64,000 nucleotides of DNA from NCBI GenBank assembly GCA_965223865.1, contig OZ245020.1, positions 1,216,001 through 1,280,000 of the forward strand. The letters are read 5' to 3'. A model generated the notes under the pieces. The model was not told the origin of the DNA, made no database searches, and saw only the letters and a list, made by a program, of their open reading frames with translations. Origin of the DNA: Nitrosarchaeum sp. GTDB taxonomy: Archaea; Thermoproteota; Nitrososphaeria; Nitrososphaerales; Nitrosopumilaceae. This document shows, in pieces, positions 9,638-19,951 of the stretch (within the stretch, counting starts at the first letter, position 1; each line of letters starts with the position of its first letter). Position numbers and translations under genes: made by a program.

Positions 9638-11029
9638 TCAATTAACATCTGAATTGATTTTCTCTTTTATCATCCAAATTGTTTTTCCTTTATGATCAAT
9701 TAATTCGATGCTCATCTTATTTAGCTCGTCTCTAATTTTATCCGCCTCTTGGAATTGTTTTTGTTTTCTGAATTCTTCTCTGTCTTGAATCATCTTGTCA
9801 ATTTTCTCTTTTTGCTCTGCAGTAATCTTTGGTATTTTCAATCCCAAAATATCTAACATTCTTTCAAATTCTTTTTTAATAATCTGGGCATCATCTTTTC
9901 CAAGCTTGTCTTCAGCTGCAAGTCTGTTTGCTTCTTTTACAAGTGTAAAAAATGCAGATAATGCAAGATGAGTATTAAAGTCATCTTCTAAGGCATGATC
10001 AAAATCTTTAGAAATTTTTTCAACTTCCTTTCGAATTCCAATATTTTGATTATTGCTGGCATGAATTAATTCAAAATAACATGTTTCTGCTTGTCTCCAT
10101 TTGATCAGATTTTCTTTTAAGAGTTCTTCAGAGTAATCTATCGGTTTTGAATAATGTCCTGATAGGCAAAACAATCTGATGATATTTGCGCCCCAATTAT
10201 TCAAGACATGTTTTATTGATTTGATATTGCCTAGTGATTTTGACATTTTTTCACCATTAATAGTCACCATTCCTACATGCATCCAAATTTTTGCAAATTG
10301 TTGTGAGGTAAAAGACTCAGATTGTGCAATTTCATTTTCGTGGTGAGGAAAAATTAAATCTCGTCCACCTCCATGAATATCAAAATTTTCTCCAAGATAC
10401 TTTACACTCATAGCAGAGCACTCAATATGCCAGCCAGGTCTGCCTTTACCCCATGGACTATCCCATAAGGGATCAATATCTGAGAATTTCCAGAGTGCAA
10501 AATCTAATGGGTCTTTTTTTGCTTCATCTATCTCTATTCGTACTCCTGATTGTAGCTCTTCTGTCTTCTTTTTTGAAAGTTTTCCATATTCAGGAAATTT
10601 TGAAACTGAAAAATAAACTCCATTTTTAGAAACATAGGCAATATTTTTTTCAATTAATTTTTCAATAAATTCTTGAATGTCTTTAATGTGCTCTGTTGCC
10701 TTTGGATAGTTTGTTGCTCTTTTTACATTAAGAGCATCAAAATCTGAAAAATAATTATTGATATATCGTGAGCTAATCTCTTGAGCAGTAACATTTTCAG
10801 ATTTTGCCCGATTTATGATTTTGTCATCAACGTCGGTAAAATTTTGAATAAATTCTACTTTGATTCCTTTTTCTTCAAGATATTTTCTTAAAACATCAAA
10901 AACAATAATTGTTCTAGCGTGGCCAATGTGAGATTCATCATAAACTGTTACTCCGCATAAGTAAATTCTTACTTTTTCTGAAATATCTAATTCTTGTTCA
11001 GAACTACTTAGCGTATCTTGTAATTTCAT
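9638..11029 (-). CDS. cysS: Cysteine-tRNA ligase
   Basis: CGVTVYD..HIGH, GRPGWHIEC, KMSKS. Confidence 0.98.
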   Translation of the reverse strand: MKLQDTLSSSEQELDISEKVRIYLCGVTVYDESHIGHARTIIVFDVLRKYLEEKGIKVEFIQNFTDVDDKIINRAKSENVTAQEISSRYINNYFSDFDALNVKRATNYPKATEHIKDIQEFIEKLIEKNIAYVSKNGVYFSVSKFPEYGKLSKKKTEELQSGVRIEIDEAKKDPLDFALWKFSDIDPLWDSPWGKGRPGWHIECSAMSVKYLGENFDIHGGGRDLIFPHHENEIAQSESFTSQQFAKIWMHVGMVTINGEKMSKSLGNIKSIKHVLNNWGANIIRLFCLSGHYSKPIDYSEELLKENLIKWRQAETCYFELIHASNNQNIGIRKEVEKISKDFDHALEDDFNTHLALSAFFTLVKEANRLAAEDKLGKDDAQIIKKEFERMLDILGLKIPKITAEQKEKIDKMIQDREEFRKQKQFQEADKIRDELNKMSIELIDHKGKTIWMIKEKINSDVN

Positions 11030-11031
11030 TA

Positions 11032-11823
11032 TTAATCATCAAAAGGTTTAGGTTGAGGCAGTCTTTTGTGTTGGCTGTTAATATACAATTGGTGTACTTT
11101 TTCAACAATTTCTATTCCAATATCTGTTAATTTTGTTGTTTCCTCTATTGAGAGTTTTTTTTCAAAAATACAATACAGAACAGAGTCAATTTCCTCATAT
11201 GATGCTCCAATCTCTTTTTCTGCTCCATGTTCTTTCCACAAGTGAGGACTGCTCTTTTTATCAATAACATTTTGTGGAACTCCTAAAAATTTAGCAATCT
11301 CTCTTACCTGCAATTTGTATAATGATATTATGGGAACCAAATCCGATGCTCCATCTCCATATTTTGTAAAATAGCCAATTAGATACTCGCTTTTATCGCT
11401 AGATCCTAAAACAAGATAGTTTTTTGCATTTGCATAATAATATTGAATATCTGCTCTAATACGCGCACGAAGATTGCCTTTTGCCCAATCATTTGGTTCA
11501 ACATATTTTGAGTACTCATCAACAATTGGTTTAATGTCAAGCAATTTGTATTCTATTCCTGTAAGTGCAATCATTTTGAGCGCATCTTCAGTTTCAATTT
11601 TTGGTGTGATTTCAGTATCAGGCATGATTATTGCCAGGGTTTTGTCCTTGATGACTCTCTTACACAAGTAGGCCAGTACCGCCGAGTCTACTCCTCCACT
11701 TAGACCCAAAACCACTCCTTTTGCATTACTTTTGTTGATATTTTCTAAAAGAAATTTTTCTATGGTTTCAGTTATTGATGCATAATCTTGATTTTTTATC
11801 TCATCAATAATTTTTTGGTTCAA
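11032..11823 (-). CDS. nadE: NH3-dependent NAD+ synthetase
   Basis: LGLSGGVDS, GNLRARIR, GYFTKYGDG; probable TTG start at 11823 (ORF extends to 11904). Confidence 0.96.
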   Translation of the reverse strand: MNQKIIDEIKNQDYASITETIEKFLLENINKSNAKGVVLGLSGGVDSAVLAYLCKRVIKDKTLAIIMPDTEITPKIETEDALKMIALTGIEYKLLDIKPIVDEYSKYVEPNDWAKGNLRARIRADIQYYYANAKNYLVLGSSDKSEYLIGYFTKYGDGASDLVPIISLYKLQVREIAKFLGVPQNVIDKKSSPHLWKEHGAEKEIGASYEEIDSVLYCIFEKKLSIEETTKLTDIGIEIVEKVHQLYINSQHKRLPQPKPFDD

Positions 11824-11977
11824 CAATTCTTTTTCAAAAATGATTAGAATAAATATTGTGCTCACAATTCTTTGAAATAGTTCTATTTCTGAATCATTTC
11901 TCATAAGAATTTCTAAGAAAAATACTCCAAAATTTTTGGAGTTGGGACAAATATGTTCCTTAACATCTATTTAGAAC

Positions 11978-12148
11978 TTAGACTAAATTTTTTCTATCAG
12001 TCATCGATTTTTTTATCTCTTTTTTGATCTTTTCTACGTTATTTTGCCAAATACCTACCATTTTATTGTGATATGAGATTTTTTCTTTAACTTTGTTTTT
12101 TTCATTATCTGCTATTTCTTGTATACTTTGTTCGAGTTGTTTTTTCAT
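11978..12148 (-). CDS. Small basic coiled-coil protein, possibly the 3' part of a gene frameshifted at the run 12214-12222
   Basis: Hand translation MKKQLEQSIQEIADNEK...RKNLV; frame stays open upstream to the homopolymer. Confidence 0.45.
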   Translation of the reverse strand: MKKQLEQSIQEIADNEKNKVKEKISYHNKMVGIWQNNVEKIKKEIKKSMTDRKNLV

Positions 12149-12288
12149 ATCTAAATGAAATTTTATTTTAGATAATGATTCTTGTAATTTTTTTTCTTGA
12201 TATTGCTTTATCCTTTTTTTTTAAAAAATCCAAACTCTAAATTTAATTAAATCTGAATTAAATTAGTTTTTCGTCATTTATTGAAAAA

Positions 12289-12486
12289 TTAATTTGGTAA
12301 CTTGTTGGTGAGCCCTAAATCTCTAAATCCTTTTTCAATCCACCGTTTGATTCCTTGTGATTCCAAGTATTTTTTTGAATCCTTAACAAAAATTACATCT
12401 GAATAATTTTCTCCACACAAAGGACAAATGCCATACCTAAAAGGATAATAATTTTGATTGCATCTCTTACATTTTTTGTTATTCAT
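12289..12486 (-). CDS. Small zinc-ribbon protein
   Basis: CKRC-x10-CPLC. Confidence 0.65.
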   Translation of the reverse strand: MNNKKCKRCNQNYYPFRYGICPLCGENYSDVIFVKDSKKYLESQGIKRWIEKGFRDLGLTNKLPN

Positions 12487-12851
12487 AAATAAAGAAATAT
12501 TCTAGTTATATTTAGGATTCATGTTATCATTGTTAACTCAGTTAATATAGAAAATATTAGAACTAAATCGTAATTTGTTTTTGAGTGAGAAAAGTATTGA
12601 GAGATGTTATCTTATATTGACACACCTTCAAGAGATTGAAGGTAACTCAAATGGAAGAAAAGAAAAAGTTAGAAAGTTTATGATTATCTGCTATTAGGAA
12701 AAACCTTGAATTCTGATTATTACCTCATTTTCAACTAGAACAAAATATGATAATTTTTATCGGATTTGAAACTGATAATTTGTAACTAGTGGGATTTTGA
12801 CACGATATTATTGCTAATGAGGGCTGAATAATTATGAATGGAATTGTCAAG

Positions 12852-12925
12852 TGCCAGGGGCGGGATTTGAACGCGCGACAGCCCGGTCTTCAGCCGAGTG
12901 CTCTCCCAGGCTGAGCTACCCTGGC
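12852..12925 (-). tRNA. tRNA-Phe (GAA), intronless, CCA not encoded
   Basis: GCCAGGG/CCCTGGC acceptor stem, TAGCTCAG..GG D arm, CTGAAGA anticodon loop, TTCAAAT T loop. Confidence 0.96.
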
Positions 12926-13142
12926 ACAACGAATTTTTGATATGATTGGGAAATAAAAGTTGTCAATAACACATCTTCAAATTTGAAGCTAGGTTTTTCT
13001 ATCGTAATTGACCCTTTGTTACACCTATAGGTCACGCACAGAATTGTCTAGTTTACGATATTTTTTGGAATTTTACGAGAAAATCATTCGTCAGAGTGGG
13101 CCGTTTAATATGCTGCATTGATCTTTTTTGCATAGTTTGAGC

Positions 13143-13256
13143 ATGACTGTAAGTGATTTTTTCACCAGAAACACACGTAAGATTCTGAAAGTGGTTATGA
13201 TCTTGACGATAGTGCAGATTGTAGTGGTTACAATTTACTTGATGTTCAAGGGATAA
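13143..13256 (+). CDS. Single-TM microprotein (37 aa)
   Basis: MTVSDFFTRNTRKILKVVMILTIVQIVVVTIYLMFKG. Confidence 0.45.
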   Translation: MTVSDFFTRNTRKILKVVMILTIVQIVVVTIYLMFKG

Positions 13257-13324
13257 TTCAAAAACGCAATGTATGTTCGGGCGATATTCTGAAAATAGTT
13301 ATTTTCTACTATCTTAAATCATCT

Positions 13325-13603
13325 GTGGCAAGAAAGGCAAGGAATGGGAAGTATGCAGAGTATGGAAGAAGAATCTTAATCATATTACAAATACAAAGAA
13401 AGTTTATCGTAGTGAGTAAAATACGCCTTAAAACAAAAATACCAAGGTCCTCACTTTATGATGTTCTAGGCACATTACGTATTAGTAAGTATATTGATTG
13501 GGTTGGGGAACCACAGGATTTGATAAGTATGATACAAATAACTCCGACCGGCAGGAACTATCTAAATCAAGTTGGACACCAGTCCGAGTTAATTCATTTT
13601 TAA
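13325..13603 (+). CDS. Winged-helix DNA-binding protein
   Basis: IPRSSLYDVLGTL helix and ITPTGRNYL wing. Confidence 0.7.
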   Translation: MARKARNGKYAEYGRRILIILQIQRKFIVVSKIRLKTKIPRSSLYDVLGTLRISKYIDWVGEPQDLISMIQITPTGRNYLNQVGHQSELIHF

Positions 13604-13993
13604 AAAATCATAACAAGCACTATCTGCCAGACTTGCTCCAAAACCGATACCTGCACTGGCGATGTATTCTATGAACAATATGCTGTTTACGCCAAACTAT
13701 AATAAAAAATTACATTACTTGTGAAAAGTCAGGCTTCTCAAAATCTGGCATTTCTTTTCCTTTTTTTGTTTTGTTTTTTGCCTTTCTTTTTTCATGAGTT
13801 CTGAGATGTATATTTAGACGCTTTTCTTCAACAAACTTTAATCCACATATAGAACACTGAAACATATTGAATATTTCATAAAGTCATACTTTAGTATTGA
13901 TATGGATGACATTTTTTTCAATCGGCCGATCTTGTATACTTAACTCTTAATCAATTATTTCTCTTTAAATTTATCAAATACCTAATTTTCAAA

Positions 13994-14092
13994 TTGGCCT
14001 TAAGAAAATGTGTTCATTGTGGTCGAGAATATGAGGATGTGTTTGATAAAAGATTTTGTTCCACAGAATGTGCCGTTGAACTTTCATCATAA
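13994..14092 (+). CDS. Treble-clef-like zinc-finger microprotein (32 aa)
   Basis: MALRKCVHCGREYEDVFDKRFCSTECAVELSS; TTTAAAT about 30 nt upstream. Confidence 0.65.
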   Translation: MALRKCVHCGREYEDVFDKRFCSTECAVELSS

Positions 14093-14341
14093 ACAAAGTC
14101 GATATCGGCAGAAATATTTTTTATTTTTTTTTCACACCATAATCCAAATTGATTGAAAAACATTTGAAATGAAATTACCTCCCAACCAACACAGGAAATA
14201 TGTCATTGTCATGACCTTTTTCCTGAGAGTCGGAAAAATCAGTTTTCCTTGGCCATTACGTACGGTTAGGCCTGAGTTCTGAAAACTCAGTATACCTATT
14301 ACGAACTGAGTATTTAAGATTCATTCCAAGTTTAGCGGATT

Positions 14342-14464
14342 TCAACTATGGAAAATTCTTTCTTCCAATATGCCATTTTCCAGACGTTTCCAATCATTGT
14401 TTTCTGTGAGCTGTCTGTCTAGTTCTAAATCAAATGCAATCTCTTCTAGATCTTCCTTACTCAT
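14342..14464 (-). CDS. Acidic microprotein (40 aa)
   Basis: MSKEDLEEIAFDLELDRQLTENNDWKRLENGILEERIFHS. Confidence 0.5.
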   Translation of the reverse strand: MSKEDLEEIAFDLELDRQLTENNDWKRLENGILEERIFHS

Positions 14465-14944
14465 GGTAACACTAGGTAATAATCGAGAATAAATGGCAGG
14501 AATGCAATGCAATCAGATATCTTTCATCTCTGATAATCAAAACTGTTCTTATATCAGATTGTGACGTAGTGGTAAATCTAGGACAGTGGTCTTCGTGAAT
14601 ATCCATTTATCGGTAACTGCATCTGCTTTAACTACCACTGTCTAACTTTAAATCAAGAAAATGCAACGGTGCTACACATGACTCATCTAGGAATGTCTAT
14701 GGTCTGGGAAACGATAAACAACAGCACGATTACATGATTCTATAATTACAATTTTGCATATAACGAATACTGACATTTCAGAAAAAACACGAAACATAAT
14801 CAAACAACCAAATATCATCTGAACTACCGTCTTTGAATCTTTATTGGATAGTAAATGATGTTCGGAAACCAGTACATTGCTCCGATTGAAAACCATCTTG
14901 CTGGAGGATGGTTACAGAAGCTACTGTTCTAACTGAATATCGTT

Positions 14945-15067
14945 TTATTCTTCAACCAGCATTGACATTAGCTTGTTACAGTTTGGACATACTAAATTTG
15001 GGACTGGGTTGTCAATCACGACGGTATAATCACATTCTTCACATCTCATTACCTTGATTCCTAACAT
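14945..15067 (-). CDS. Zinc-ribbon microprotein (40 aa)
   Basis: MLGIKVMRCEECDYTVVIDNPVPNLVCPNCNKLMSMLVEE. Confidence 0.65.
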   Translation of the reverse strand: MLGIKVMRCEECDYTVVIDNPVPNLVCPNCNKLMSMLVEE

Positions 15068-15198
15068 GTAATTACTATACATTGATGAAATAAGAAACGA
15101 TTGATACAAAAACTAAACAAATGTTTGTGAATTATATTAAATCTGTAAATAATTTGACACCCAAATTAAATCATGTATCAAAAAAAGCACAGGGAAAA

Positions 15199-15297
15199 AT
15201 GGCATTCAAAAGAACTGATGAAATTCCTACTAGTTATTGGTTGTCTATTCTTAGCCTAACTGCAATGACCTATGTATCTATCATTCTATTTGGTTAG
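15199..15297 (+). CDS. Single-TM microprotein (32 aa)
   Basis: MAFKRTDEIPTSYWLSILSLTAMTYVSIILFG. Confidence 0.45.
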   Translation: MAFKRTDEIPTSYWLSILSLTAMTYVSIILFG

Positions 15298-15406
15298 TTG
15301 GCACCTCAACATCTTTTACATTAACCAAAAAATCATTAAGGACAGACAAAGAAAACCATTGCTGCAGATTCAACATAAATCTGTTGTAAGACCATATTTC
15401 ATACAT

Positions 15407-16228
15407 CTAATTTGTAATTTCATCAGATAATAAAACATTGCAAATATCCCAAGGAGTTACAAGACAATCTTTGTACATAATACATGGATGTGCCATTTCA
15501 TACATTTTAATTGATAATTCATTTATTTTCAAATTGTCTGACAAAACTTTAACTTCTTCTAGTTCTACAATATCCACTGCTTCATGCAGAAAGTCATTAG
15601 TTCCTGTTAAATACTTCATTTTCTCAGTAATTGCTTGAATTATCAGTCTGTCACTGAGATATTTGTTGGTGCCTTCAAGCAATATTTTTCTTGCTTTGTT
15701 ATCAAACATTGAATTAATTACTTGACCAAAAGAATCTGATTTTTTGAATGTAACTAGTTTCTTTTTTGGTATGTCTTCAATTGTAAGATCTGTTTTACAG
15801 CTTTTACCAATCTCTAGAATCTTCTGTGCAGAAATTGCAGAATAAAACCCCCATTCGTTAGGAATAATTGCGTAGGCTCTCCCTCTTTCTTTCCAAAAAT
15901 TCATTAAATCTTTGTACTTTGTATTATTTGAAACAATAACCGGACTTGGTTCCATAATGTCATCTACTTTAGTCCCATAGAACAAACTTGAAGTTGGATT
16001 TTTTAGAAGATTTGTCATTATTTCTTTTCCTCCGATAGTGCCAATCGGAGTTTCATTCTCATCTCTAACAATGATTGAATCAGTTATTGATTCCAAATAT
16101 TGTACTAGCATTCCAGCAATGACCCAAACTTTTTTTCCTTTATCAATATGGATACATAACGTCCACGTTAATCTTTCTGTAAGTAATTCTTCTAGAGTTT
16201 TCTCCGATATAGGAATAGTTTGTGACAC
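15407..16228 (-). CDS. CBS-domain protein (degenerate tandem CBS repeats)
   Basis: IVRDENETPIGTI, KVDDIM, LTIEDI patterns. Confidence 0.75.
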   Translation of the reverse strand: MSQTIPISEKTLEELLTERLTWTLCIHIDKGKKVWVIAGMLVQYLESITDSIIVRDENETPIGTIGGKEIMTNLLKNPTSSLFYGTKVDDIMEPSPVIVSNNTKYKDLMNFWKERGRAYAIIPNEWGFYSAISAQKILEIGKSCKTDLTIEDIPKKKLVTFKKSDSFGQVINSMFDNKARKILLEGTNKYLSDRLIIQAITEKMKYLTGTNDFLHEAVDIVELEEVKVLSDNLKINELSIKMYEMAHPCIMYKDCLVTPWDICNVLLSDEITN

Positions 16229-16494
16229 ACTCTACTATTGATTTTGCAGGATAAATCAACAAACAACAATTACCAAATGTGAGAAACAGGATACTTGGCT
16301 TATCTGTCATCCATTTTTAATCTCAAATAATGTAATCCTAAAGTTGAACAAATTAATTCTCCATGAAAATCTGTTTCAGTGACCAATACTAGGCAAACAT
16401 GTTTTGGCTTGTAAGGTATTGATTCTTTAATCTTATTTCTCTTTTCCAATCAAAATTAAGTCATAGTTAAATCAAATGATGTGGTATATACAAC

Positions 16495-16665
16495 ATGGCA
16501 AGTCTAAAATGTGAAGACTATGGCTTTGAATGTGATTTTATAGCAGAAGGCGAGATTGAAGAAGTTCTTGAAAACTTTGGAAAGCACACTGAGGAAGAAC
16601 ACGGAATAGATTATTCAAAAGAGGCTTTAATGCAGTTTATTTTAAGACGACAAGGAATACTCTAA
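16495..16665 (+). CDS. DUF1059-type small metal-binding protein (56 aa)
   Basis: LKCEDYGFECDF...HTEEEHG. Confidence 0.85.
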   Translation: MASLKCEDYGFECDFIAEGEIEEVLENFGKHTEEEHGIDYSKEALMQFILRRQGIL

Positions 16666-16796
16666 CTGAAGATCTAAGAATTGGATGTATATCTTCACAG
16701 CTAGTGATCTTGTTGTTTTCAAGTTATGCTTTATCATAAGAACCAAATTTGAACAAATTATAGAATTGTTGAATTAATTTTATTGAGCGCATTTTT

Positions 16797-17036
16797 CTAA
16801 TATTGCATTTCAACATTCATTAAAGTTACCGTAGAACGAATGTTCTTAATTCTTCTTATCTTTAATGCAATTTCTTGTCTTAATTCTTCAAATCTTTCAC
16901 ATTCTAAATCCACAACAATGTCATATGCTCCAAACACGCCATATGCTTTTTTTACACAATTAACCTTCTCCAAATCTGAAATGACTTGTTGTTCAGAGCC
17001 TAATTCACAATTTATTAGAATAAGTGCTTTGGTCAT
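16797..17036 (-). CDS. Stand-alone Lrp/AsnC ligand-binding (RAM) domain protein
   Basis: ALILINCELG, VFGAYDIVV, IRRIKNIRSTVTL. Confidence 0.9.
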   Translation of the reverse strand: MTKALILINCELGSEQQVISDLEKVNCVKKAYGVFGAYDIVVDLECERFEELRQEIALKIRRIKNIRSTVTLMNVEMQY

Positions 17037-17286
17037 ATCTTCCCTATATTTATTCTCTGATGTAATGCCTGATGATGGCTTTTTTCAAGTCACATATAAT
17101 CAAACTAATTTTTTTTGTACGTGATCCAACCCTTAAACTCATTTTCATGTCATAATTATGTGAAAATCATATTTTAGTGAATTTTTGAAAGTTATCGATA
17201 GATTTCAATTAATTTTGGTTTTAATTAAACAGATTTTTATAATTTCTGTTTTTATCTTTAATTTTTAGTTTGACCTAGTTTAACAT

Positions 17287-17919
17287 ATGACGGAAGATTA
17301 CAGTACTCAAATTACAGATCAGGGGATGTCTACAAACTATGTGGTTGTATTTTCTGGTCACACAGAAAATTACTGTATAGGAATGGTTGACATGGTAAAC
17401 TCCACAAAGATGGCAGCAACATTAGGCGGTTCGAAAATGTCCTTCTATTATCAAATCTTTCTAAATTCCATGTCTAGAATTTTGAGTAGGTTTGGAGGGT
17501 TTGTAATTAAGAATATTGGAGATAGTCTACTATATTATTTCCCAGAATCCTCAAAGACAAATAGAAAATTTGGATTGATGAGTTGCCTTGAGTGTAGCTT
17601 GACTATGGCCGAACAACGAAGTGCCATTTGCAAAGTGTTAAACCAAAACAACTTGCCTGACGTAGACTATCGTATAAGTGCAGACTATGGGTCTGTATTT
17701 TTGATGAAAACAAACAATCCTGATTCTTTTGATATGCTTGGACCACCTGTGAATATGTGCACCAAGATAAATCCTGTTGCTAAAGCCAATAGCGTGGTCA
17801 TAGGTGGTGATTTGTATACTGTTGTCAAACATTTTGATGATTATGTCTTTAGTGAAATCAAAGGATTTTCACTTGGCTTCAAACATTTGTACCCTATTTA
17901 CACTCTACATAGGAAGTGA
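17287..17919 (+). CDS. Class III adenylate/guanylate cyclase domain protein
   Basis: VDMVNST, VIKNIGDS, RISADYG, GPPVNMC. Confidence 0.9.
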   Translation: MTEDYSTQITDQGMSTNYVVVFSGHTENYCIGMVDMVNSTKMAATLGGSKMSFYYQIFLNSMSRILSRFGGFVIKNIGDSLLYYFPESSKTNRKFGLMSCLECSLTMAEQRSAICKVLNQNNLPDVDYRISADYGSVFLMKTNNPDSFDMLGPPVNMCTKINPVAKANSVVIGGDLYTVVKHFDDYVFSEIKGFSLGFKHLYPIYTLHRK

Positions 17920-17923
17920 TTGT

Positions 17924-18112
17924 TTGTCAAAAAAATCAAGAAAAAAACATAACAGTACATCGGACAAAATTATAGATGATTCTTTTGATCCTTCGTATTC
18001 TAATGATCTTAAAGAACATCTAAGTGCTGTAAATATGGAACCTTGGTTTTACATTTATGAAAAATACGTTAGAAACAAACCAAAAGATAACAAATCAAAA
18101 CCCACAGCATAA
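17924..18112 (+). CDS. Hypothetical small protein
   Basis: TTG start 4 nt after cyclase stop; 3' part of ORF 17804..18112. Confidence 0.5.
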   Translation: MSKKSRKKHNSTSDKIIDDSFDPSYSNDLKEHLSAVNMEPWFYIYEKYVRNKPKDNKSKPTA

Positions 18113-18247
18113 ACAAATTTCTTTTTTTATTGAATGTTATATGCCCCCTCAAAAAGTTTCAGTCATTTTATGATCTATTTTTCTAATTACTATCACATTC
18201 CAAAAAACTCAGAAGAGCATTCTTTGGATTTTCCTGTGTGGGTTCAT

Positions 18248-19813
18248 TCAGATTTCTTTTCCTAAGTATGCTCTTTCTCCATGTTGGGTTAGATCTAATC
18301 CGACATCTTCTTCTTTCGGATCTACTCTGATTCCGCCCGGCCATACCTTTGACATTATACCTAGTAATGCTATGGTTACACCAAATGCATAACCCGTCAC
18401 AATTACTGCTGCAAGAATGTTGATGGCTTGTTGTTCCCATCCTTCTGGAGTACCTGTCCATGCGCCTATTCCATCACCAGTGTCCCATATGTGCGGACTA
18501 GCAAATGTTCCTGCCAAGAATGCACCTGTAAGGCCACCTATGCCATGAACTCCCCATACATCAAGTGCATCATCCCACTTACGTGAGTTTTTGAATGCTA
18601 CTGCACCATAACAGACCATTCCTGCTGTGATTCCTATGATTATGGCTGCCATGGGGCCTACCCATCCTGATGCAGGAGTTATAGCAACCAAACCTGCAAT
18701 TGCTCCTGTAGCTGCACCTATGATACTTGGTTTTCCGGTATGGGCCCAAGACATTAACATCCATGTAACCGAGGCCATTCCTGCTGCAATATTGGTGACA
18801 GTCCATGCACTTACTGCAATTCCATCCACCATGACTTCGCTTCCTGCATTGAATCCAAACCACCCAAACCACAGGATTGATGCACCAAGCAAAACTAGTG
18901 GGACATTATGTGGCTCCATAGGAGTCTTACCGTATCCTATTCTTCTTCCAAGTACGATTGCTACTGCCAGTGCTGCAAAGCCAGAAGTGATATGAACAAC
19001 TGTTCCTCCAGCAAAGTCTAGGGCATAACTTGGCGATAACTCTGGAACTAGGTCAAGATAACCTCCTCCAATGTATCCTCCTCCCCATACCCAATGTGCC
19101 ACTGGATCATATACTAGAGTAGACCACAACAGAACAAAGATTATCAGCGCACTGAACTTCATTCTACTTACCATGCCTCCGATGATTAGAGCTGGTGTAA
19201 TGATTGCAAATGTTCCCTGAAACATTGCAAACATCATGTGAGGAACAGTTCCAGGCCAGTCCAAACTGCATATCATGTCTTCAGAAAATACTTGTATTTG
19301 ATATGCAGCTGACCACATATCAGTACATGGACCTGGACTGCCTAATGGCGCAAAATGGGATACTTGGTTAAGCCCAACATAATCAAGACTTCCCATGAAC
19401 AAGTTTGCATCGTTATCAATTGGCCCAAACGCCAAACTGTAACCCCATGCAACCCATTGAACTGAGATAAGCCCTATTACTATGAATGTCATACCCAATG
19501 TGTTTACTGCATTCTTTGATCTGCTCAATCCTGCATAGAAGAAAGCAACACCAGGAGTCATGAACAATACAAAAGAAGTTGCAGTAAGCATCCAAGCAGT
19601 ATCTCCTGTATCTATTCTACATGGAAGCATATTTCCTGCGCCGTCATCATACCAGCATTCATTTGGATTTCCTGTGTAGATGCCGGATTCTCCTTTTACG
19701 TAAGCGTCCATGCCATCTGTAATCTGTTGTGCAAACACTTGCGTGGTAATTGTCGATGATATTACTATGACAATGATCACAACCAGAGCGGGCTTGAAGT
19801 TTCTATTCTTCAT
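18248..19813 (-). CDS. amt: Ammonium transporter (Amt)
   Basis: DTGDTAW, FQGTFA, DFAGGTVVH, WFGWFGFNAGS, DDALDVWGVHG. Confidence 0.98.
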   Translation of the reverse strand: MKNRNFKPALVVIIVIVISSTITTQVFAQQITDGMDAYVKGESGIYTGNPNECWYDDGAGNMLPCRIDTGDTAWMLTATSFVLFMTPGVAFFYAGLSRSKNAVNTLGMTFIVIGLISVQWVAWGYSLAFGPIDNDANLFMGSLDYVGLNQVSHFAPLGSPGPCTDMWSAAYQIQVFSEDMICSLDWPGTVPHMMFAMFQGTFAIITPALIIGGMVSRMKFSALIIFVLLWSTLVYDPVAHWVWGGGYIGGGYLDLVPELSPSYALDFAGGTVVHITSGFAALAVAIVLGRRIGYGKTPMEPHNVPLVLLGASILWFGWFGFNAGSEVMVDGIAVSAWTVTNIAAGMASVTWMLMSWAHTGKPSIIGAATGAIAGLVAITPASGWVGPMAAIIIGITAGMVCYGAVAFKNSRKWDDALDVWGVHGIGGLTGAFLAGTFASPHIWDTGDGIGAWTGTPEGWEQQAINILAAVIVTGYAFGVTIALLGIMSKVWPGGIRVDPKEEDVGLDLTQHGERAYLGKEI

Positions 19814-19951
19814 TGATTATTATTCGAATTCATTATATTTACAGCTGATAATTAAAATTATATAAATATATGAAGAGATAATTTAATTTACTAAAAATTT
19901 ATTTGTTATATCAAACATTACCTTTATTGATGAAAAAACCTAAAATAAGAC

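Noticed and set aside
14687-14896. 69-aa ORF (also 20055..20255, 51087..51296, 58594..58815)
   Set aside because: No motifs, atypical composition, no convincing promoter; likely spurious or decayed
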